In this document: one piece after another, positions 1 to 13,774 of the stretch
Numbering within the stretch: position 1 is the first letter of the stretch
Layout of the letters: every line of letters begins with the position of its first letter
Assembly: GCF_001447785.1 (NCBI RefSeq)
Contig: NW_015171536.1
Span: 483,102 to 547,101 of the forward strand
Length of the DNA: 64,000 bases
From: Gekko japonicus
Lineage: Eukaryota
Direction: 5' to 3'
Notes under the pieces: generated by a model
Databases searched by the model: none
The model's input: only the letters and a program-made list of their open reading frames with translations
Told to the model about the DNA's origin: nothing
Position numbers and translations under genes: made by a program

Positions 1-1804
1 AGAATCTTTTTAGCTAAAGCGCTCCTCTAGCAGACGCTATTAAAGGCCTTTTATGAAATGCCCTATTTGACTGCAGCTGAAAAGTTAATCACAATATGAA
101 GCTGTGCCTCGATATCAGGATTTCCTCCAGTAAGCTGTATGAACTGTAAAGAAGGCTCCACCATAGCATTTCTGTGCTTTACATGCTATGGCCTGAACCC
201 ACAAAAATTATTTTATGCTGGGAAGAAAGGAAAGAAACACGGTAATCAGAACTTAACCTAATACAGGAGCATGAAAGGATCTATATAATCATGTACTTAG
301 TGAAAGCTGCTTGTGCAGTAATTCTCACTAAGCACACGTTCCTAATGTCCTTAGTAAAGCACTGCTTAAATAGACTGGGAAACTATTCCTGTCAGCAACT
401 AAAATTAGTGCAAGCACAGCAGTTCTTAAAATATTTTCAAAAAATTTCAAAGCTCAGTGAAATTGCTGCAGAGTAATCTAGTGGTCTGGGGAGACGGCAC
501 TGGAATGCAGATAGAGGTATTCCACTTTTAATGTCATGGCTGATTAACTCATCTCTGACTGAAATTTGGAGCCATATCTTGAATATGGTTGTATTGGCCT
601 GAGTAATCAAGTGTAATTCTAGATTTAGTGACTGGCTACAGCCCAACTCTGCGTGTTGCATACCAGAAAGATGCACTTTCCCCAGGAATTAACCTTCTCC
701 CCATATTAGGAATAAGATTAGGCTGCTTGAAGTTCATCCAGCATGGGGAATAGTTATTACCTATAATAAAAGCCCTCTATGCTCTTTCCTCTGAACTTTT
801 TGCAGAACTACTAAGGGCACTGGGTCGAAATATGGCTAAGGAGAAGCAAATGCAGCTATCATATTAGGGATAAATGGAAGTTACATATTTTGCTTGTTTA
901 TATTTGTTTATATTGCTGTTGATGTTTTTACTTTTCTTCTTTTCACTGTGGGGGTTGAAGTCTGGTTTGCATTGCGTATGCATATGTTGTACAGAATGCA
1001 CATGAATTGTTATATGAAATAGACGTGATGTTTATCATGCACAGAATGCTGGTTTATTAATGCACGGATAGCACTTAAGCATGCATACATATTAGGAGGA
1101 AAATATGATATGAAGAAACAGGCAATGGCATGAAAACAAAGTATTGTGAGTTTGGTTCTCACAAGGAAGAAACAAAATCAAAGAAGGAAATGTCAGGGTG
1201 AAATATCAGTGATGACAAATTCCAGCCATTTTCTTTGTTTTCATTGCTTAAGCCAGCATATGCTAGATATGCTACCAAGGGGGGTGGGTAGAGCATGCAG
1301 ATGGTGCTATGTTGACCTTAGACTTCTCCACAGCTGCACTGAAGCTACTTGTCCATTTGCAGATCTCATGTGTACAGATGAAATACCCACATGGATGGCC
1401 TGATCCCATGGACCTTTTCTGTACACTAAAGGCCTATGCAATCAGCCCTGCTCATTCAGACATTGTCCTTTCTCACATGTCATTATGGGTAGATATCTAA
1501 AGGACACCCAAGTAAGCAAGTGTTCACATATCAGTTGTTCAAGGAAAAAAGCAGTTCATACCATACTGAGAGGAAGGTGGTAGACTTTATCCCACTGCAT
1601 AAAGTACTGTATATGATAATATGAATGCTAATTAAAGTTCCTCAGTCTTGTCCCACCTTGTTGGAGCTATCATTCACTATTGCAACTTTCTCTTCCTGAC
1701 AACTATTGTCCTCCTTCTACACCACCTTAGAGTGAGGAAACCTCAGGTTGTGGGAGGAGGACATCGCTAGATTTCCTCAGCAGAAAGAGGAGGAGGCGGC
1801 GGCT

Positions 1805-2065
1805 GCAGGGCCTGCAAGATGAAGCTGTTCTGCCAGGCTTTTGGTAGAGGCAGCAGGCGTCCACACATGGCCTCCCCGAGGTTACTGTTACCCACCCACC
1901 GGTTATCCATCCATCGGTAACCGGCCATATCCATCTGTATTAATGAGCCAGAATCTTCACTGGTAAGCTGTAACCATTGATTTTAAAAGTTTACATTGTG
2001 TTTTTTTAAAATTTTATTATAATTATTGAAATATGATGTGGCCCACCCTGAGCCTGCTCACACAA
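1805..2065 (+). mobile_element. L2-like LINE 3' end fragment
   Basis: agggcctgcaagatgaagctgttctgccaggctttt...gcccaccctgagcctgct tail; a similar tail occurs at 27700-27750. Confidence 0.5.
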
Positions 2066-3391
2066 GGCTCCTTTCACAATATATATATATATATATATAT
2101 AAAATGAGGAAGAGGAAGACCAGCTCTGGTTTGAAAGGAGCAGGGAGCACCTTACTATTAGCTCTCTTTATTATATTACTTACCCTGTATTCATTACATA
2201 ACTGTTTTCTAGCAACACATATTGGGGGGGGGGTCACAATCAAGCTCTCAAGTCCTGCCCCTAATCTATTCTATTCAGCTGAAAATCAGCACAGAGCCAA
2301 GGTGCATAAACTGCCTTGCTGCAACCCCCCTGTTCCCGATGGTGCAGAGGGAGCCTGGACACGTACAGTTTTCTAGGTTCTGTGCTGAAACTGGGGTGAA
2401 TTGAATGGGGGCAGGGGTAATGGGCATGACATATAGGGGTAGTGTTTCTCGTATATGGCTTCAATCAAATTGTTAATAATGGCAAACAAATTTTCCTGAC
2501 ACATACCTTCTCTACTACTGTCAATTTCCCCTGGCAATGCAAACTTCAAGAGTGTTTAGGGGACATTTCGCATCACACCCTCAGTTTTCTCTGATGAGAA
2601 GGTAAATCTGTTTCTCAAGTATACTACTTCAGACTGCAGATGGGGCCTCACATGACAGAAAATTGCTTCATACTCCCCCCAGACCCCGGATATAGACATT
2701 AGTACATCAGGGAAAAGACTAGGCTAGAGCCCTCATTCCCGAGTTTTTGTTCTGCAAGGATTCTTCCTGTATGGAAGACCATTCAACCTACTGCCTGAAA
2801 TGGGCCTACCTCCACATCTGTTGCTGGTGATAACTAAGCTCAGTTCATAAGGGTGTCACAGTTCTGGTCATGTGGACTGACCATCTGAACTGCTCCTATG
2901 CAAAAATGAGTTCTATGGAAATAAAAAGGTTGAAAACCACTTATTAAAGACCTCTAAGTCTAAGTCTTGCATATATTAACAAAAAGACAACCATGATTGA
3001 AAAGATGGCTTTCCTCCCCTCCCCCCACCCCGTGAATAGAAAGAAAAGGAACCAAACCTATACAGGGAATCATCTCCCCTTTTATGCCTTTAAATGGCTT
3101 ACTGGGCTGTTCTGTTACATTTTCACCATTTTCTTAGTTGAGTATAGTAAAGTTCTTTCTTTGTCATCATTTAATGTCACAGAAACCATTCCACTTAGTA
3201 TCCAGAGCAGAGGTTTCCCACATAAAAAGGATGTACCATAAGTGATTTTAATGCATAACAATGAACTCAACCTTTACTTTTTATCGATGCACTGCTCTAT
3301 TTTTATATTCACAATGAGTGGGTTTCCAATCTGAATAATATATTTAAGAACTCCATTTGAAATGTATACAAAATTTACAAAAATGCTACAT

Positions 3392-3488
3392 CAGCGGTGC
3401 AATCCTAAACAGAATTATACTGTTCTAAATCCATTTAAGTAAATGGTGTAACAAGGAGGGTATAATTCTGTCTAGAATTGTATGGTTA
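3392..3488. repeat. Short palindromic MITE-like repeat
   Basis: gtgcaatcctaaacagaattatac ... gtataattctgtctagaattgtat inverted arms; a related copy lies at 44335-44395. Confidence 0.55.
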
Positions 3489-4486
3489 ATGTAGCAACTT
3501 TGTGATTTTAGTATGCATGTTGAGGTTTTTTTCATCTTCAGCGGACACAGAAGAGTGTCCCCATGATCTTCAGTACTATTTGAGTTCTGCTAATGTAAGT
3601 GACCCCCCCCCTCTTGGATGCACACCTTAGCATGGTGAGGGGGTTGTGTGTCGGTGAAACTGAGAGCAATATCATAAGGAATTTAGACTCTGTCAAGAGG
3701 CTTAACACCTAGCAGAGTCATTTAAGGCAGAATAGTCATAGCTGAAACATCATACTAAGTTGCATGTACCCTCTTCAGGAATCAAGGACTACATCAACAG
3801 AAGAGAATGGACAGTTCCAATGGTGATGGGGTGGAGGAATTCTTGAAGGGTAGCTACTGGGTGGCAGCAGCAGTATAAGGTGATACTGGCAGAGGATCTT
3901 TCATAGAAAAAGGCAGTGCCACTTCAGCTGATCCTGATTAGTACTGCACAAAAGAACGCAATGGGAAACCACTTCTGATCATCTCTTACCTCAAAAAACC
4001 CTACGACGAGTCCTCCCCAACAAAAGATGGAACCTCCAGGTTGGATGGCACTCAATCTGCTAATGGGGAAGAACTGAAGACTCTTAATGATGCAACTGGA
4101 CTAAAGCTGAAAGGACCTTCAGTTATTGATATGAGTGGATTCAAAAGGAAAGTTCAAAGCTGTTTGATTCAGATAATGGAAAAATGGAATGTGAGACGTA
4201 TGAATTGAGGTAAACTCATACTGTAAAAGAAGAAACTGAACATTTAAAAATTACTGTCCTGTGAGTGGGTGAACCAAAGTGGACTGAATTAGGATTTTTT
4301 CAGTCAGAAAATTACAAAGTGTTTTATTCTGGAAATGACAAGCACCGAAGAACTGGAGTTGCTCCAATAGTGAGGTGAGATGTAGCACAAGCAGTCAGGA
4401 GTTATAATGCATCTCTGACCAAATAATATCAATCAGACTTCACAGAAAGCTCATCAAAATAACTATCAGTCAGATTTATGCCCCAA

Positions 4487-4716
4487 AGTTTTGGTTTTGA
4501 CCTATAAGGCCTTAAGTGGTCAGGGACCAATGTATCCAAGGTAGCGTCTTTTCTGTTATGTCCCTGGAAGGGCATTGTGCTCCTTGGACAACAACATGCT
4601 GGTGAGCCCCACCCCCAAAGATATCTGGCTGTCCTTGACCAGGGCTAGGGCCTTTTTGGTCCTGGCCCCAACCTGGTGGAATTCTCTGCCAAATTCCATC
4701 AGGGCCCTGCAAGACC
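4487..4716 (+). mobile_element. L2/CR1-clade LINE 3' fragment
   Basis: VLTYKALSGQGP..RAFLVLAPTWWNSLP..IRAL-type terminal ORF2 sequence. Confidence 0.6.
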
Positions 4717-4719
4717 TTT

Positions 4720-5280
4720 GAAGGAAACAAAGTTGAATCAAAGACATTGCAGACTTGGCCAACTTGAAAAATCAGCAGTGGTTGAACATAGCCTAACTCA
4801 AACAGGAGACAGTATCTTATTCCAAGACACTGAAATGCTGGACAACACATCCAATTACCATGTCAGATTACACAGGAAAGCCATTGAAATTCATAAACAT
4901 AAACACAATTTCAACAGGAAAGAAGAGATTTTAAAATAAAAAAGGGCATGGTTTCCTGTCCTGAAAAATACAAAATCTTACAACAGCACTACAGATAAGA
5001 TTAGAATTTCAACAGCCAATCCATATGCAAAAGAACCTCCTTAAGAAAGCTCCTCCATTAGCATGTCACAGTCTGGGAAACTCCTAATGACTCAGCCCTA
5101 CCCCACCTTCCTGAGTAGATATAAATTACCTACCTACCATTTTTCTTCTCACCTTGATATAGAGAGTACTCCATCTTTCTGTGTTACACCTCTGAGGATG
5201 CCAGTCACAGCTGCTAGTGAAATGTCAGATCCTACAATGCCATGACTACAGCCATAAAGTCCAGAAAATCTACAACAACT
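4720..5280 (+). mobile_element. Penelope-like element fragment (GIY-YIG C-terminus plus 3' region)
   Basis: RHCRLGQLEKSAVVEHSL..GDSILFQDTEML...RLHRKAIEI..HNFNRKE, followed by a ctgaggatgcc...gaaatgtc terminal motif. Confidence 0.75.
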
Positions 5281-5405
5281 AAAGAATCAAAGATTGTTGG
5301 AAGATTTGGGGTAGGAGCACAAAATGAAGCAGGAGAGTGACTCATAGAATTCTGTGAAGACAGACTGTTCATTGCAAACACATGTTCAAGGCAACCAAAC
5401 AAATG

Positions 5406-6223
5406 TGTCATGGGCCAGCCAGCTGCCACCTCCTCCTCCTCCTTGGGTTCTGAAGAAACAGGCCCCACACCGATGGAATCTTCACCTGAGCAGATGGATC
5501 CAGAAGCAGATCCAATGGGGGAAAGCATCGGGAAGTGAAAACACCTCACAGCCAGGGCCAGGCTGCTCAGTTTTTCAGGAGAAGGAAGAGAAGCCACAGA
5601 CGCCTGCTTCCCTGCCAGCCTCTCCTGAGCCAGTAGAGCATAGAAGAAGAAAGTGCTTGACAGCTCAGGAGAGACATAGGAGCATCCACTTGGCTGCTCA
5701 GTAACAGTCAGTATTAGTTCCTGGAGTGGAGTCCTTGCAGGACCAGGACTGACAGGCTGATAGGAAAACAGTACAAGACCCGCACCTGTAGGAAGGTGAA
5801 CATGATAGTAAGGAGCAACACCTGACCTTCTGGGTATGAGTTAGCCAAAGGTGTAAATAAAAGGAGCACACTGAACCAGGCTCAGTGTGGAGTCAACCTT
5901 GCTTGTCACCCATTTGTGCACTCATCTGTTTAGCAAACAGAGCTCTACCCTGACCCTGCTGCCTTGTGCCTTGTCTATGGTAATCTGTCTTTGCTCATGA
6001 AGCCTGGGACCCAGACCCCTGTATCCTGCACCTGTTCTTAAGTCTTGGAACTGGATCCCTGGACACTCCTACCCTGACTCTTGAACTGCATCTTCGGATA
6101 TCCAGCTCTGGACCAGTTTATAAACCTTGCCCCTGTGTATTTTTGTACTTGTTGTCATTGTATTTGTGTATTCAGAAAACCCCAGGTAGAGCAACAGCAC
6201 TAGACTTTGCCTTAAACATGACA
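5406..6223. mobile_element. Solo LTR (818 bp)
   Basis: TGTCATG...CATGACA termini; 5-bp TSD aaatg/gaatg; interrupts the RTE coding sequence, which resumes after it. Confidence 0.8.
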
Positions 6224-6699
6224 GAATGACTGTATATGTGGATATGACTGGATGGCCAGTATAGAAATCAAATATATTACATAATAGGAAGCAGAAGACA
6301 GAGAAGGTCTTTTCTCACTACTAAAACAAGACTATGATTTGTTAATATCAACAATTAGAATGAATCTGAAGAAAAACATCAAAACATTCATAGTGCAGAA
6401 AATACAATCTAAACGACATTCATGAAAAATTTAAAGACCATTTAAAGAATACATTTGCACTACTAAGTTCAAGTGAATGGGAATGGGAATGGGAAGAACT
6501 AGGGGTTAAAACCAGCAATATCATCAAGGAGGAACATGGAAATACTATTCTTGTAGCCAAAAGAGATGAAAAGTCTCCAGGGATAGCTGATGAAACTCTT
6601 AAAATCGCTAAAGACAGATGAGAAACAAAAGTAAAAGGGGACAGAAATAGAATCAGAAATCTAATTGCAGCATTTCAGCCACTTGTGTGTAGAGACTCA

Positions 6700-7211
6700 G
6701 GCCAAGTTCAGACTGGCAGTTTGGCCTGGCAGCCAAACGTTTCAGGGGCGTTTCAGTAGCGGATTAAAGGGGCGGGTTCACACAGGCACATTTTTCCGGC
6801 GTCCCCCAGCCATACTCAAGTCATCTTGTGCCGCTTCCCTCCCACGTTTAAAAAGTACCACGTGAAAGTGGTAGCAAACCGTGTGTCAAGTAGGTTGATT
6901 CCAGTTCCCTAAGTGTGAACACAAGTGCTGCTAAGGCGGGAACAACCCAAAGTCATTGATAAGAGGTGCTGGCTGTTTCTGCGGCAGGCGCCCATATGCC
7001 CATGCGCATAGGTGTATGTAGCGGAGTGCAGAAACAGCTGCTAACAGCCCGCCAGGGGCGGGCCAACAGTGCAAACACTCCCTTGTGCTTCCTCCATGGT
7101 ATCCTCCTGCTTAATTCGCTGTGGTGTGAATGGGAATACCGCAACCAAGCTGTTCTGGGTCTTCTTTGCCACGACTCCATAGTGCTTCAAATTGCCAGCC
7201 TGAACTTGGCT
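6700..7211. mobile_element. Non-autonomous DNA transposon (probably PIF/Harbinger MITE)
   Basis: ~22-bp TIRs gccaagttcagactggcagtt / aattgccagcctgaacttggc; interrupts the RTE. Confidence 0.75.
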
Positions 7212-7339
7212 AAAGATAACTATTATAATGACCAGTGGAAAGAAACAGAAGAGAACAACAGAGAAGTAAGAACAAGAGGTTTGTTTCACAAGAATCAAGA
7301 AATCAAAGGGAAATTTAAAGCAAAGTTGGGCTTGCTGAA

Positions 7340-7827
7340 CAGGGGTGGGTACAAACCAGAAAAATTTGGTTCACGTTGGTTTGTAGTTTGTGGCTGAACC
7401 ACAAACCAAACTGGGAGGTTTGTTCATGAATCGAACCAGTTTGTGGTTTATGGTCCTGAAACCCCCTTTGAACGGGACAGCAGTCCTTTTAAATAGGATT
7501 GGCAGAAAGCAAAAAAACAAACAAACAAAAAACAGCTGAGTGATGGGAAGCAGCCTGCTCCATGCCATTCAGCTGTTTCGGGCTGTCTTGTGCAGTCCCT
7601 TTAAACTTTATATTTTTTCTGGCTTTCATGGAGAGCAGAAACCAGAGATTTAAAGGGGCTCAGATTCCATTTAAACCCCTGCTTTCTGCTCTATCCAAGA
7701 TCTGCCATAAACTGCCACAAACTGTTTTAAAAGTTCATGGAAGTTCATGAACTTTGGTTAGTGAACCACAAACAGGGCAAAATTGGTGACAAAGTTTTCT
7801 TCATGATTCAGTTTGTGCCCATCCCTG
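7340..7827. mobile_element. hAT-type MITE
   Basis: TIRs caggggtgggtacaaac / gtttgtgcccatccctg; 8-bp TSD ttgctgaa/atgctgaa. Confidence 0.85.
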
Positions 7828-10800
7828 ATGCTGAAATTTCAACACGGTAATACATTAACTGAACAGGATAAAGAAAAGATGGGAACAATATACTGAAGAA
7901 CTATACAAAAATATGAAAGAATGACAGATTCCTTCCCAGAAGAGACTTTTGAAGAAGAACTTACAACTTTAGAAAGTGAAATGGAAACTGCACCCAGAGC
8001 AATTGGGAGAAACAAATCACTAGAAATAGATGGGATTTCAATACAGTTATTACAAACCACAGAAATGGACTCCATCAAACTCTTAACAAGAATATGCCAA
8101 CAAATTTGGAAAACAAACAAGGAAACAAAAAAAATGGCAAACAGACTGGAAATGTTCAATTTACATTCCAGTTCTGAAAGAAAAGGAGATGTCAAAGACT
8201 GCAGCAACTATTGCACAATTGCATTAATTTCTCATGAAAGCAAAGGGATGATCAAAATCTTACAACAAAGACTGTCACCATATATGGAATGAGAAATACC
8301 AGATGTTCAAGCTGGATTCAGAAAAGGAAGAGGCAGTAGAGATCATATTACAAATTTACGCTGGTTATTGGAGCATACGAAAGAACTTCAGAAGAAAATC
8401 AGTTTATGTTTAATAGATTACAGGAAAACTTTTAACTGTGTGGATCATGAAAAGCTATGGTTGGTTGTAAAAGAAATTGGTGTGCCACAGCATTTGATTA
8501 TTTTGATGTGCAACCTTTACTGTGGACAAGAGGCTACTGTTAGGGCAGAATATGGGGTATCATAAGGAAAGCTGGATTAGATTTAGATGAAGGTGGACAT
8601 AGCTTTATAAACCATGAACTGGCTAAAATTTATGACAAATTTTAGTTCATGAGCCAGTCCGTACCCATGCCTAGCCACAGTCCTCCATCTGCAAGACCTG
8701 AACAAAGCTGTTAATGATAAGATGTCTTAGAAATCATTAATTCATGTCAGAAACATGACAGCACTCAACAATGTAACTGAATAAGTCATCATTACCCCTT
8801 TTAAAAGCCTGACCTATGATGATGAAATATTTCTTCTCAGACTCATTGTGATTGTTTGCTTTACATCCTCAAACTTCTAAAAAATGAAATCTGTGACACC
8901 AATGAAGAGATTTGGGAGGTCAATCAATGAATTCTTCCTATGATGTAATCCTTCTGATGTCGTGATGAATGATCACAAAGGAAGACCAGCGAGTTTCCAT
9001 TGCTTTTATTATATTCAGTCTTACCTAATGTTACCACACCATCTTTTTTGCCCTTAGACTTCTCTTTTGCATCACATACCCTGGTTGTCAGTTTGTTTCT
9101 CTTGTTAAGGCAACTTGCATTTCTCAGAGGGAATAATTTCTTTTCCTCCCCTCTGCCAATATTTCTCTTACCTCCTTGATTTCATTTTGAATCTTATCTT
9201 TCCCTGGTGTTTCAGTATATCCCATATTTATCATCAGCAAATGCCATTAAAATGCTGTTTATCTACTTTTCCAAATCATTTATGTAGGTATTATAAACAA
9301 CGTGAATCCTGCTTTGCCCCAGAGAGCATTTTCCTCCATATGATATATTGAAATTTATCATCTTCTCTTATTTATGATCCTTCAGCTACTTTCCAGTTCT
9401 CCTGACAAACTCGGTAGGCATAATCCTTGAGAAAATAGAATAACCTACTGTCTTATTTACCTTGAGGCTTTGATTGGTTCCCCCCCCTCCTGCTTGTTTT
9501 CTCCATTCCTGGTATTTCGTGTTAGATTTCATTAACGATATATAAAGCACTAGTTAGCTCATAAACGTGGTGTGCTTTCAAGTGCCACTGAAATTACTGG
9601 TTCCTCCTTTGCTCAACATGGTTCTGTTCTGGGCTGGTTTTGTGTAATGTCTGGAAGCGCCTGCATGTTCATAAATATGGAGTGCCACACAATCTATGTT
9701 AGACAGTCAATCTAAGAAAAAAAAGGAGTGTCTGATGACAACGTATTGAACATCAATTACATATTTCTCAAGAACCAAGTGCTTACACATTACAATGCAG
9801 CTGGACTGAGTGGAAAGTATTCTGTATGAACAAAATTTGAAATGTTCAAATGTTGCTTTGCTGCACTTTTTAATGTCAAGCCCAAACCTATTCATTAGTG
9901 TATGTATTTAAGACTTCCTGTATTTATCACTCTGACATACCATAACCCAGATTCAGTGGAAGGTACAAGCCCATTTAATGCTATCAAATGGAATATGAGA
10001 TACTGAAGTGTTCTTCATGATAAAGACGGTGTACAGTTATATGCTACACAGAGAGATACACAAGTGTACAATTGCACATAATGGACTGATATGTCCCTTC
10101 ATGATTGCATCTTTGTGATTGGGTTTTTCTATTGGAACATCTAATGCATTAATTAGAAGAAATTAATTGGCCCTTCAGTTAGATACAGTAGTACATATCA
10201 ACCCATCCATGGATTACACAGAGCACTACCTTCCTGCTTGTCCCTCTTGCTGCATTTCACAGACACCCCCCCCCATATTTTTCATGGGGATCTGAAGAAC
10301 TTCAGTATAGCATGGGTTAAAGTGGAGGGTCTGCAGTGTGAGGGGGAATTGACAGAAATTACTGTTCTATCTTCTGCAAATGAAAACGTCATTCCATCAA
10401 AGGAACTGTTTGCCTGTAGATGGCTCAGACCTGGAATTAAGATCACTGTACCCAAAGCTCGTGCCCCCATTTTTATTTGATTGTTGGGATTTAAAGAGGC
10501 CAGAATGGGGGGACTGGGCATTCTTCAATCCAGAAGGCAATTGCCTCAGAGCCTCCTCCCACCTCAGCCCATAGTCATCACAGTACCAAGTGGAAATCCT
10601 GGCAGCAATTTGGGAAGTGAATCCAAGAGGGGCCAGTGATCAAAATATGTAGAACTGGAGTGAGGGGGAGCTAACAAACGTATACCCTAAGGATATATAC
10701 ACATGAGTTGAAAAGCTGAGGGGTAACTCATGTTATAGAGGTTGTGGAATAATAGAATCATTTGATTTTCATGTGGTTAGAAGAAGTTGGAGGTGTCAGA

Positions 10801-10941
10801 AAAAAATCCCACGAATTAGCTGGACTGGGGGGGAGGGTCATAAGGAGAGTGTATTTGAGAGGGGTTTTTCAAAGGGGAACAGGCAACTCTGCTTTCCTAA
10901 TATACACCACATTGTATCCAGTGTTTTATTTATTCCATTAT

Positions 10942-11146
10942 TGCAGTGTTCCCAGTTACTACTTAACAGCTTACTAGAGAAATAACCATGTTTGCTAAAT
11001 ATTTTCCCACCAAATATTGTGGTGGATGTATAACCTCTTGCTGATAAAAGCACAAATAGTCTGCAGTGTTCCCAGTTAGTATTTAACAGCTTACTAGAGA
11101 AATAACAGTGTTTTGCTAACCTCTTGCTGATAAAAGCACAAATAGT
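10942..11146. repeat. Local tandem duplication (120-bp period, second copy internally shortened)
   Basis: tgcagtgttcccagtta...aacctcttgctgataaaagcacaaatagt starts at both 10942 and 11062. Confidence 0.85.
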
Positions 11147-13405
11147 ACCCAAAAAACTGAAAGTACCATCATCTAACTATTTTATTTGCTTTTCTAGCAT
11201 CATGATTTCTTCTGACTGACTGGGGACCTCACATTCCATATATAGATGGTGTTTAGCTTCTAGCATCAAATGTACTGACTTGATTCACCAAAGCCCAACA
11301 GGAAACAAAAGTGTACAAACATGCCTTTCTATCCTTTGTGCCGGATTTGAAAGAAAGTGCAGGGAATGTTTGGAAGCTGAAAAAGTGTTATGCTATATCT
11401 TTATTTTTATTTATCTTCTTAACCGCCCAGTATCCTCAGAATGGGCTGAAAAGGGTATACATCATCCAAAGGTCTTGGGTAAATTCCATGGCTGAGTAGG
11501 GGTGTGAACTTATGGCTGAGCTCAGCATTCTATCCACCACTCTGCTATCATTAAACAATTGTGGAGTTTCACTAGACGGACCTAAAGTAGTATGAGAAGC
11601 TTGCTGTTTATGAAGCTCAGTAATGAAGCAAACTGGCTAAAAGGATTGTGGTGTCTCCTTCTGTGGACATTTGAAGAAAAGCCTGGATATGAAGCCACCA
11701 GGTGTGGTTTTGTTCTTTATATCACCAATATAGTTCCCTTCCAGTTCTAATATACTACAGTTAACATGGATTTTTACTGGCACCTTTTCTTTTACACACT
11801 CCCTCCCCTTTTCTTTCTTTCCTAGTACAAACAGTAGTAGTACAAACTCTGGTGTGTGCAATTCATTTGGCTCTTGCTTTTTCACTTTTGCATGCATTGT
11901 AATACACCAGAGATTTCCTGGCTGGTGTAAAAATAAAGTAGCTAATTGCCCAGTTTTCCTTATCATAATGCAAGCTTCCAGGCATGGAAATGTTTCAGTT
12001 GATTACATGAAGCTAAGGGTATTAAACAAAACCTAGTGGGGAAAATAATAAATAAGAGGCAGGGATGTGTTCATTGGATGCCATTTGAATGCATTTGATG
12101 TCTTTTAGATCACTACCTTTTGTGCTGATAGCTATACAGATAAAGTGACAGGGAATCATAGTTCTGAGTCAATTTGATACCAACTGTTGACTGTGCAAAC
12201 AAAAATACAGTAGGGAAATTTAATTCTGAAGCCTGACTTGATTCCTGAGAAATGAAATAGAAAGGGATCATTTTCTGAAGAGCTGGATTAACATTAAAGT
12301 GTTTTACTATCTTATTATCTAATGTTATACATAAAGTTTTATGTTCACCAGCTTAGCATTTTAAAGATCTTTAATACTGTAACAATAAAATTGAGTGCTC
12401 CAGCTAATTTTATATTCCATAATAATAAAATAAAAATAAATCTGTTCTGGGAAATCAGTCATCTTTTAAACTCTTAATAAAAGAAAAATGCCCAGATGTG
12501 AATAGTATTGGGTTTTATACAACACAGTTGATAACAATATTTAAGCTGAATATTGATTCATTCTTGAACTTGGTCCATTTTTACTCTTATTTTAGATTCT
12601 GCCCATGAGAAATTAATTGGGACTGTAACACATTTCTCAGTAGTTTAATAAAAAACCCACATTTAATTGTGAATAAATGTTGGCTGTTACAGAAAACTAT
12701 ATTTTAGCGTTGATAAATTAAATTTACTTAAAGATATTTTTTCACGTGATATCAGTTTTCCGAATGTATATTGGGTGTCTGAATCAATAGGCAAAGTCCA
12801 AATCATACCTACATCTGAATACATTTGAAGCAATGTAGGATAAAAGTGAACATAAAATAGTAGTCATGTTTTGAGAAGACATTCCTAAAATTGGTCTCAT
12901 GGGCAAATTACATTTTGTTCTGATTTCCCCCAATATTTCCATCCAGGTTTTCTATGTTTCTAAAGTGATCCATAGCTTATAGTAAAGTTATACAAAATTA
13001 TGTTTCTGTTATAAAATATAATATATTTACATTAAATCTGTAATTTACAGTTGTCGTTATTAAATTGCAATTGAAACAGCTGTGTAACTAGTTTGGAGGC
13101 TTAAATTGTACAGAATATTTACAACTTCCCTTTGTGGATTTTTAAAATGCTGTTAATATAGTCTTCTTTTCAGCCCAGTACCAGTAGCTAGATACCTTTC
13201 TATAATATGAGGGTCCCATACTTGCTGAAGTACAGAAAATGCTACCTTAGCAGTAGCTACACAGTGACACTATTTCCTGATCCTAACCTCTTTCCTTCTC
13301 GTAGAAGTGGGCTACCACATATTCCAGTACCAGCTGTTACATCCTGCACATATCTGCTAAGCATATTCCAGAAATACAGTTTAAACAATAAAATTGTATG
13401 ATGTG

Positions 13406-13473
13406 ACAACAACAACAACAACAACAACAACAATAATAATAATAATAATAATAATTATTATTATTATTATTAC
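13406..13473. repeat. Compound (CAA)n(TAA)n(TTA)n microsatellite in the presumed CDH19 3' UTR
   Basis: Read directly from the sequence. Confidence 0.95.
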
Positions 13474-13480
13474 TAAGCTT

Positions 13481-13486
13481 TTTATT
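13481..13486 (-). terminator. Candidate poly(A) signal (AATAAA on the minus strand) for CDH19
   Basis: TTTATT about 290 nt downstream of the stop. The region is AT-rich, so other sites are possible. Confidence 0.3.
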
Positions 13487-13774
13487 TTTAATAAAGGTAT
13501 AGTTGGTTTAATACATTTATGATACTGTGGGTTTGTATATATTTGTTTGGTATTAGGATTCTTGTTAAGTTCTTATTTGTTGGTATGATGAATTGTTTAT
13601 GGTTAAGATATAAATGTACATGATTTCATAGAATAAAAAAAATGTGCTGCATTTCAAAGTGCTTGCTATCTACTTCCCTTAGGCTCCTTTTCCCCACCTG
13701 CTTTATATAACACTACTCTTTTTGTAACTACTTTCCCACTTTTCTACCAGTTGTGTTGTGACCATTGATGGTTC

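Larger units (their letters stand above)
3600..8770 (+). mobile_element. RTE/BovB-like LINE, near full length, split by at least six nested insertions
   Basis: AP-endonuclease-like sequence at 4180-4485 and 5281-5405. RT ORFs 7921-8292 (DCSNYCTIALISHESK) and 8368-8565 (LCLIDYRKTFNCVDHEKLW); QAGFRKGRG. Confidence 0.85.

Noticed and set aside
1-13400. Possible exons of a neighbouring gene such as CDH7
   Set aside because: No cadherin or other host coding motifs were recognised; the ORFs are short or transposon-derived.
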